A stretch of 42,789 bases of DNA from a virus (taxonomy: Duplodnaviria > Caudoviricetes): positions 1-42,789 of IMG/VR virus record IMGVR_UViG_3300046048_000265, one strand, 5' to 3'. The notes under the pieces are model-generated. The model made no database searches, was not told where the DNA came from, and saw nothing but the letters and a program-made list of their open reading frames with translations. Positions 29,044 to 35,923 of the stretch are shown piece after piece. Made by a program: the position numbers and the translations under genes. The first letter of the stretch is position 1. Every line of letters starts with the position of its first letter.

Positions 29044-29072
29044 ATAGTACCCTAGATCGAATATGGAATAAA
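29044..29072 (-). promoter_or_regulatory. Sigma70-like leftward early promoter
   Basis: TTTATT-17bp-TACTAT on the minus strand. Confidence 0.45.
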
Positions 29073-29172
29073 GCACTATCGTCTCCATATAAGCTAATAT
29101 TTACCTGGTATTAAGAGTTACTAATATGTTATATTTCTTATCTAGATCCATTAATAAAATGCTTAATTGGAG

Positions 29173-29201
29173 TTGCTTTTAGGGATTAGATAAGGTACTA
29201 T
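29173..29201 (+). promoter_or_regulatory. Sigma70-like promoter for primase
   Basis: TTGCTT-17bp-TACTAT. Confidence 0.6.
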
Positions 29202-29251
29202 ATAGTAGAGAGAGGGAATAAACCCTCTTTTGTTCATTATAAGGAAGCCAG

Positions 29252-31516
29252 ATGACAGCATTTACTGTTACTCACTTCGAGAATATTATGGATCCCGCTG
29301 GAGGGCAACCAATTGATTATAGCGATCTGGAGGAATTTTATGGAGCGTTAAGCAAATGCAAGCTGGCTCCTACCGAGCTAGATAAAAAACGTTCCGCTGG
29401 GTGGGTGCGTGGCCCTCTCAAGGATAATTACCGCAAAAAGGAAAATATAACAGAAACTAGATTGCTTATTATTGATGTAGATAAGTCTCCGGCCAAACCA
29501 TATTGCATCAACTCTCCATTAGAAACCCATGAAGTATTAAAAGATTTCGGAATAAATCATATAATATATACCACATGGAGTAATAGAGGGAACGGAAAGT
29601 ATCGTTACAGGGTAGTTATTCCTGCATCAAGGGTGCTATCTGATGATGAAGTAGAGTTGAACAGTAGGAAGATAGTAGATATTCTCAATGGCGGAGGCTT
29701 ATCAATAGAATATGCAGCTGAGAATAAAGCAATGTCTCAGATGTGGTTCTATTCATCATCTCCGAATCCAAAGGAATGGTTCGAGTCTTATCTTTATGTA
29801 GATGGAACTGAATACAGACCGACTACTGTTGGCAAGTATTCTTCTTCTATAGTGGCAACTCCAGAGGATGGATACACTAAAAATATAGATATACTTGAGA
29901 TAAAACCGGATGTATGTGCGGTATCTAATGCGAGCCTCATAAGCAATATCCGTAATCATCACGAGATTCACTTCAGTATGCTGAATCTTAGCTATCAGAT
30001 GATTAAGGACGGTAATAGCGAGTACTGGATCAATACTTTCCTTGATAGTCTCTTAGGTCCGAACACAGGTGACAAGAGAATAGAGGACAGAAGGCTAGAG
30101 ATCCCTCGTTTGATCAGCGGTGCTAGAGAGCGCCTGGTAAAAGAGTCTGTTGTAAAGAAGGTAGATTGGTCAGTTGACAGGGGTTCCTACGTTGAACCAC
30201 CAGTTCCGCCTGGGATGCTAGGTCAGATGGTAAGGATGGCTCATGATCAGCAGAGCTATCAGAATATGACTGTAGCAGTAGTCGCCGCGATTGGTGCCGT
30301 ATCTGGTATAGCAGGCTATAAGTTCCAGTGTCCTGCGATTCCAAGCTTTGGTTGCAATAACTATTATCTCGTAAGTATGAAAACAGGCGGTGGCAAGGAC
30401 TTTATCAGTAAATTTATAATAAATCTTTACAGGAGAGCAGCTCAGGATGCGAGCTATCAGCAATTTGTAGGCGCTAAAAAGTTCACTGGTGGCAAGTCTA
30501 TCAGGAAACTGCTAGAGTCCAAGCCTTGCTGCGTATCAGTCATGACAGAGTTTGGTCAGATATTGCACGGCACCAGCGGAGATCCTGTCAGTACAAGACA
30601 GACTCTGTTGGAACAATATTCTAGGAGTGGTCCAAATGATGTATTAGGTGCTGAAGGGTACAGTAAAGAAGAAGATTCACTGAAAGAGTTAAATCACCCT
30701 TCTATGACTCTGATAGGAGAGAGTGAACCGTCATCTTTTATTGCTGCTCTGAATGGAACCAATAGTATAAATGACGGATTTGTGCCTAGGTGCCTGGTGC
30801 TTAGAGCTGATCAGGATACTCGGCCATATCTTAATAGGGAGACAAGTACAAAATTTGATAGTGATATAATAGAACATATCGCACATATGATGAAAGAATG
30901 CAAAGATGATACCATCCCTTATTTTATGAAATGGGAGAACATACAGTTGGAGAGGGATGTATATGATCATGCAGATATGTGGACTGATATCTATAATAAG
31001 TTTGATGGTAATGATCAGCTTAAGTGTGTATTGTCCACTCGTATGCACATTCATACCATTAAGGTTGCCACTGTCTGCGCTATCATGAATCGTAGAGCAT
31101 TGATTGTAAAGCGAGAGGATTGGGAATGGGCGGTTAAGTTCACTCAGTATTGTTTTGACAATGCGAACAGCTTTATGGAGGGAGGGAATGATCCGCTGAT
31201 GGGAGGTGACGGATCGATAGATGATGCTATTAAGGTAGCCGCCAGTAAGATTAGTAAACTATTTTGCGGGGATCTTTCTGGTGGCCAGTACTATTTGGAT
31301 GCGCACTGTAAGCAGCAAATGAACACAATTCCTGCGAATGTTATGTTTAAGTTGCTAGGAAAGGTTCCAGCTATAAAGAAGGTTGGGAGCAAGGCTCGTC
31401 CTGGATATAATCTTGTATTGGATTATTGCATTAAGGAGGGTCTGATGTTAAAGGAGAAGTATAAAGGGAAGGAATATTACATTATAAATGGTAAGATGAA
31501 GGAGTATATGGAGTGA
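29252..31516 (+). CDS. Primase-helicase-like replication protein
   Basis: N-terminal AEP-like IDVD and YTTWS...RYRVVIP; C-terminal P-loop TGGGKD, DGFVPR.L. Confidence 0.75.
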   Translation: MTAFTVTHFENIMDPAGGQPIDYSDLEEFYGALSKCKLAPTELDKKRSAGWVRGPLKDNYRKKENITETRLLIIDVDKSPAKPYCINSPLETHEVLKDFGINHIIYTTWSNRGNGKYRYRVVIPASRVLSDDEVELNSRKIVDILNGGGLSIEYAAENKAMSQMWFYSSSPNPKEWFESYLYVDGTEYRPTTVGKYSSSIVATPEDGYTKNIDILEIKPDVCAVSNASLISNIRNHHEIHFSMLNLSYQMIKDGNSEYWINTFLDSLLGPNTGDKRIEDRRLEIPRLISGARERLVKESVVKKVDWSVDRGSYVEPPVPPGMLGQMVRMAHDQQSYQNMTVAVVAAIGAVSGIAGYKFQCPAIPSFGCNNYYLVSMKTGGGKDFISKFIINLYRRAAQDASYQQFVGAKKFTGGKSIRKLLESKPCCVSVMTEFGQILHGTSGDPVSTRQTLLEQYSRSGPNDVLGAEGYSKEEDSLKELNHPSMTLIGESEPSSFIAALNGTNSINDGFVPRCLVLRADQDTRPYLNRETSTKFDSDIIEHIAHMMKECKDDTIPYFMKWENIQLERDVYDHADMWTDIYNKFDGNDQLKCVLSTRMHIHTIKVATVCAIMNRRALIVKREDWEWAVKFTQYCFDNANSFMEGGNDPLMGGDGSIDDAIKVAASKISKLFCGDLSGGQYYLDAHCKQQMNTIPANVMFKLLGKVPAIKKVGSKARPGYNLVLDYCIKEGLMLKEKYKGKEYYIINGKMKEYME

Positions 31517-31938
31517 ATGTTAGTAGCAATAGTCATGTAGAGTTATATCTGCCATATCCTCCGAGTGTGAACGATTACTATGGTCGGAATGGGCACAATG
31601 TTTATTTGAAACAGAAAGGAAGGGATTATATTGAGAGAGTAAGATTGGAGGTCAGTCAGCAACTCTCTGGAGGATTATCGGATCCTATCAGTGTCAATAT
31701 GTCCATTATTTTAGAGGTGACATTTCCTGTTATGAAGAGGAAGAGGGACTTGGATAATTTACTGAAAGCAACTCTTGATAGTTTAGTGAAGACAGGTGTT
31801 ATATTGGATGATAGTCTTATTAAGGTGCTGATAATTAGGGAGAGCAAGAAGAGACAGAGAGAATTATCAGTTCCTATAGGTGGTGAAAAGGATGGAGGAT
31901 TGAAAATAACTATTAATCCGATGGTGATGAAGCATTAA
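31513..31938 (+). CDS. rusA: RusA-like Holliday junction resolvase
   Basis: LPYPPSVN.Y, RKRDLDNLLKA.LDSL...G...DDS motifs. Confidence 0.88.
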   Translation: MNVSSNSHVELYLPYPPSVNDYYGRNGHNVYLKQKGRDYIERVRLEVSQQLSGGLSDPISVNMSIILEVTFPVMKRKRDLDNLLKATLDSLVKTGVILDDSLIKVLIIRESKKRQRELSVPIGGEKDGGLKITINPMVMKH

Positions 31939-32451
31939 TAAGAGGCCACATACGTATCTATAAATAGTGGTTAAAGTTCCGCTGGCGGTGGCTATTATAG
32001 CGCCGCCTTTTGGTAAAAAAGTTCTCTTTTCTCTAAAAGGGTTCCCTCGAAAATAGAGGTAAGTGCTTGATTAGTAAGGAATTCCTCTATTCTTGTTTTT
32101 TCGTCGAGGGTGTGAGCGTGCGAGGGAGAGAATGCGGAACGGCCTAGCATAGATCGCAAGCGAATGCAATAGAAAACCAAAAAATAAATCTGCGAGAAAA
32201 CAAGGGAATAAGAAAATAAAAAATACCCCCCTATATATATATATAGATCAAGCACTTAGACTTATTCCCCTGTTTTAGCTTTTTCCCCCGATTCCGATCC
32301 CCCCCTATTTACTTTTGCTAAAAAGTATGCTCCACACCTTTTCGCGGTCCTACCGCTTCTTTTTATCCTTTAATCTATCTGTCAGCCGAGCCAGCGGATT
32401 TGATTCACCCTCTAGGGGCTTAGTCCCGCCGGGATGGGATAGGCTACGGCC

Positions 32452-32662
32452 AACCACAGTGCGAGATTGGTTCCATGGGAGTGTGCTGAACCAACAGGAC
32501 CCTGTGGCCACCACAGTGGTATGGAAACAGAGTGCGAAACCAAACCAGAGTGTTGATTCCAACCACAGTGTGCAATTTGGTACCAGTGATGGAAACCAAA
32601 CCACAGTGCGCAACCAAACCAGCAGTGCCCCTGAAAACAGAGTGAGCAACCAAACCACAGTG
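32452..32662. repeat. Array of CCACAGTG / CAGAGTG motifs
   Basis: Exact CCACAGTG at 32454, 32511, 32563, 32601, 32655 plus variants at 32525, 32545, 32619, 32635. Confidence 0.8.
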
Positions 32663-32770
32663 CTGTGATTCCAGATGGGTGGTGATATTCCAGACAGGCG
32701 GCTGGCACCACCCCAGCGGACCTGCACCACCTGGTTCCGTGGGGAACATACCAGCTGTGAATTCCGGACG

Positions 32771-32796
32771 AAAAAAAGGCCGCTTTCGCGGCCTTT
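32771..32796 (-). terminator. Intrinsic terminator
   Basis: Minus strand AAAGGCCGC-GAAA-GCGGCC followed by T7. Confidence 0.85.
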
Positions 32797-32801
32797 CCGT
32801 T

Positions 32802-32975
32802 TTACTCGACTATCGTATGCCTCGATAGTAGCATTGCGAATTCGATAGCAAGATCTTCTAGATACTTGCAACCGTTGCAAGTTCCGCAACCGCAATCGTT
32901 GCGGAACGAACCCGCGAATAGCAATTGCTCGAATATCTCGTTTTCGACTTCGTCTAGCTCGATTACTTTAGGCAT
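32802..32975 (-). CDS. 57-aa acidic protein with a CGCGTCNGC cluster (absent from the ORF track)
   Basis: AGGAAAGGA RBS; MPKVIELDEVENEIFEQLLFAGSFRNDCGCGTCNGCKYLEDLAIEFAMLLSRHTIVE; terminator follows. Confidence 0.7.
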   Translation of the reverse strand: MPKVIELDEVENEIFEQLLFAGSFRNDCGCGTCNGCKYLEDLAIEFAMLLSRHTIVE

Positions 32976-33007
32976 TTTCCTTTCCTTTTTCCGGGTTTCG
33001 TTTAAGT

Positions 33008-33030
33008 AAAAAAAGGCGCTTCCTTGCGCC
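33008..33030 (-). terminator. Terminator hairpin with AAGGAA (CsrA-type) loop
   Basis: Minus strand GGCGC-AAGGAA-GCGCC followed by T7. Confidence 0.7.
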
Positions 33031-33038
33031 GGATACGG

Positions 33039-33407
33039 TTATATCGCTTCTAGTAACGCTTTAGCGAAAGAACCGTACGTCTTCTTATAGTAGTCTTCGT
33101 GCCGAATCGTATTACTTGCCTTAGGATCCTTTCGACCGTTCGGGTAATACCGATTAACGGTTTCCTCGAAAGTATCGTTTAGGATAGCGTCGTTAACGGT
33201 TTGCTCGTTTTCGACGATAGCCGAGATTAAGGCACGTTCGAACTCGGTTCGGAAAGTCTCTCTTCTAGCGGACGTAAGGCCCGCTTCTAGCAAAGCGGAT
33301 TCTATCTCCGTTTCCGAAAATCCCTTTTTCTTTAAAAGGGACTTAACTTGCCCGACCGTAAGACCGAGATCGATTGCCGAAGATACTACTTCGATTGCGT
33401 TTTGCAT
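33039..33407 (-). CDS. Putative immediate-early protein (122 aa)
   Basis: GGAG RBS; own promoter and terminator; similar to 21904..22509. Confidence 0.75.
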   Translation of the reverse strand: MQNAIEVVSSAIDLGLTVGQVKSLLKKKGFSETEIESALLEAGLTSARRETFRTEFERALISAIVENEQTVNDAILNDTFEETVNRYYPNGRKDPKASNTIRHEDYYKKTYGSFAKALLEAI

Positions 33408-33501
33408 TTTAATTAACTCCGATTAGGTTAACTAACCGGCCCGGTATTAGGCCGGTCCTATCGGTTCGGGCCTTTCCGTTTCGCCCCGAACCGATAAAAG
33501 A

Positions 33502-33531
33502 ATTATAGTCCGAATCCGTTTCCGATAGCAA
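33502..33531 (-). promoter_or_regulatory. Sigma70-like early promoter with A-rich UP region
   Basis: TTGCTA-18bp-TATAAT on the minus strand. Confidence 0.65.
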
Positions 33532-33560
33532 GAACTTTCTTCTTTTATTTTCTATCCAGT

Positions 33561-33642
33561 ATTAACATATCGTAATATTAACATATCGTAATCATTAACA
33601 TATGGTAATTATTAACATATCGTAATATTAACATATCGTAAT
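33561..33642. repeat. Five tandem copies of ATTAACATATCGTAAT
   Basis: Copies at 33561, 33577, 33594 (one mismatch), 33611, 33627. Confidence 0.95.
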
Positions 33643-33717
33643 ATTAGCCACTCCTAATGTACCAGGGGGGTATTGCAATTCCAGGTCAGCCGGACGTCAA
33701 CCTGACACAATTCTCCT

Positions 33718-33792
33718 AAAAAAATTTTTCAAAAATTTTTCAAAATTTTTTCAAATTCTTTTCAAAATTCTTTTCAAAATTCTTTTCAAAAT
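33718..33792. repeat. Phased A/T-tract repeat (CAAAATTYTTTT, 11-12 bp period)
   Basis: About six consecutive units. Confidence 0.85.
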
Positions 33793-34028
33793 CTATCCCC
33801 CACAATCCTTTTCCAATAAACTTTCCTCATTTCTTTTCCTTTCCTTTCATTCTAGCCCTCCCTACCTCTACCCCTACCTTACCCCTTGCCTACTGCTGCA
33901 ACGTGCCTAGAATCGGCTCCTGCGTGGTCCTATAGTGCCTTGCGCTACCTTGCGCGGTCCTTTGCGGCCTTTGCTCCCTTCCTTATAGGGACGCACCACC
34001 AGCGGAACGCCCCACCCTATTGCGGGGA

Positions 34029-34057
34029 TAGACTCGCGCCGTCCATTGTGCTATAAT
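34029..34057 (+). promoter_or_regulatory. Sigma70-like promoter of the packaging/structural operon
   Basis: TAGACT-17bp-TATAAT with extended TG; AGGAG RBS downstream. Confidence 0.65.
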
Positions 34058-34081
34058 AGCCTTGATTTTAGGAGAGTTGTC

Positions 34082-34456
34082 ATGAGCAATAGATTAGCAC
34101 TTACTTACAACAGATACGCCAATCTGCATAACTGTGAGAACTTTGATGAGGATATGCTAATCAGAATCGAAGATCTTGCGGCTGGACTATCGGAAACAGA
34201 AGCATTGTCATTCTGGGGACTCAAGGATGAAGACCTGAACAATGCAGAAAGGCGATACTTCAAACTTGCATATCAGAGAGGATTGGCCAAGGCAAAACAG
34301 GCTGCCACTGAAAAGCTGTTCTCGGCTATGAGCGACAGGAATGGTGGCGCATTGGCACTTCGTTATCTCCAGCTCTTTGGAGAAAAGTTCCCGGCTGATG
34401 ATGACGGACGACTGGCATCTGGAAATGGCTTCTCGCTCAAGATCGTAAAAGAATGA
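34082..34456 (+). CDS. Putative terminase small subunit
   Basis: Helical ~124 aa protein immediately upstream of and overlapping terL; AGGAG RBS. Confidence 0.6.
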   Translation: MSNRLALTYNRYANLHNCENFDEDMLIRIEDLAAGLSETEALSFWGLKDEDLNNAERRYFKLAYQRGLAKAKQAATEKLFSAMSDRNGGALALRYLQLFGEKFPADDDGRLASGNGFSLKIVKE

Positions 34457-35922
34457 TTGTGAGTCGAGTTAACACTACTGAGCGACTCTACGTGGCATCT
34501 CCTACGATGAGGAAATTCCACGCAGATTCTTCTTTTGTCAGAGCCCTGATGGGACCAATCGGATCTGGCAAATCAGTGGCTTGTTGCATAGAAATGAACA
34601 TAAGAAGCCAAGAACAATCACCAGATTCAATGGGCATAAGAAGATCCAGATGGGCGGTAGTCAGGAACACATATAGAGAATTGATAGACACCACAATGGA
34701 GACTTTCTTTGCATGGTTTCCAAAAGAAATCGGAATGTACAGAGCAGGAGATATGAAGTTCACACTTGCATATCATTTAGCTGATGGCACATCTGTGCAT
34801 TCTGAATTCTTATTCAGAGCTCTGGACAAACCAGATGATATCAAAAAACTGCTCTCTCTTGAACTTACAGGAGGGTGGATCAATGAAGCTCGTGAAATAC
34901 CTAAGCAAGTCCTTGATATGCTCATGGGCAGGGTTGGCAGATATCCAGCAGAAGGGTCCATATGGTCAGGTATAATAATGGACACCAACCCGCCAGATTC
35001 AGACCATTGGTGGTATAGGCTCTTTGAAGAAAGTCACTTGGAGCGTTATAAGTTATTTAAGCAACCAAGTGGGCTGTCTAAAGAGGCAGAGAACCTAGAG
35101 AACTTGCTACAGCCACCCGCAGCGGAACGCTCTTTACTTTCCATCGAGGAGCGCCGCGAGATTGGCCGCGAATACTATCATAGAATGGAAGAAGGAAAAG
35201 ACCAGGAATGGATTAATGTCTATATACATGGACAGTACGGTTTTGTAAGTGATGGCAAGCCAGTCTATCCTGAATATAAGGATGATACTCATCATACTGA
35301 TAAGAAGTTCACTCCTGATCCTACAAAACCAATCTATATTGGCATAGATTTTGGTCTTACACCAGCGGCCATATTTGGTCAGAAAAGCGCTGCTCATAGA
35401 TGGTATATATTCGATGAGCTTGTTTGTGAGGATATGGGAGCAAAGAACTTCTCTGAATTGCTCAATCAGATGATCAGTAACAAATATAAGGACTATGAAT
35501 TTGATATATATGGAGATCCATCTGGAGACTTCAGAGCGCAAACAGATGAGATCACTCCTTTTCAGATTCTACAAGCATCTGGCATAATGGCCACCCCAAC
35601 TTATACAAATGATTTTATTATCAGAAGGGAAGCGGTTGCAGCACCACTTATGCGCCTTGATTTCGCAGGCAATAGTGGCTTTGTGATTACGGATGGCGCA
35701 CCAATCACAAGGAAAGGTCTTGCAGGTGGATATAAATATAAAAGAATGGCAGTAAGTGGTACAGATAGGTTCCAAGATAAGCCTGATAAGAACAGATATT
35801 CGCATCCATGTGAAGCTTTGCAATATCTTATGGTCGGAGCTGGTGAAGGTAATGCTGTTATCAAGATCAAAGGATATGATCGTGATATAGATTACTCCAA
35901 TTACGATAGATTGGTGGTCTGA
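34453..35922 (+). CDS. Terminase large subunit
   Basis: GPIGSGKS Walker A, WINEARE Walker B, DTNPP, GIDFG, YGDPSG, SHPCEALQY motifs. Confidence 0.95.
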   Translation: MIVSRVNTTERLYVASPTMRKFHADSSFVRALMGPIGSGKSVACCIEMNIRSQEQSPDSMGIRRSRWAVVRNTYRELIDTTMETFFAWFPKEIGMYRAGDMKFTLAYHLADGTSVHSEFLFRALDKPDDIKKLLSLELTGGWINEAREIPKQVLDMLMGRVGRYPAEGSIWSGIIMDTNPPDSDHWWYRLFEESHLERYKLFKQPSGLSKEAENLENLLQPPAAERSLLSIEERREIGREYYHRMEEGKDQEWINVYIHGQYGFVSDGKPVYPEYKDDTHHTDKKFTPDPTKPIYIGIDFGLTPAAIFGQKSAAHRWYIFDELVCEDMGAKNFSELLNQMISNKYKDYEFDIYGDPSGDFRAQTDEITPFQILQASGIMATPTYTNDFIIRREAVAAPLMRLDFAGNSGFVITDGAPITRKGLAGGYKYKRMAVSGTDRFQDKPDKNRYSHPCEALQYLMVGAGEGNAVIKIKGYDRDIDYSNYDRLVV

Positions 35923-35923
35923 T

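Noticed and set aside
32452-32662. Mini CRISPR array
   Set aside because: The repeated word is only 8-13 bp with irregular spacing, and there are no cas genes
31995-32895. ORFs 31995..32255, 32315..32668, 32350..32895, 32412..32711, 32444..32749
   Set aside because: Low-complexity or repeat-derived with no convincing RBS; one crosses a terminator
33996-34003. E. coli Chi sites as the explanation of the recurrent motif
   Set aside because: Only a few copies contain full GCTGGTGG; the enriched core extends to GGAAC, outside Chi
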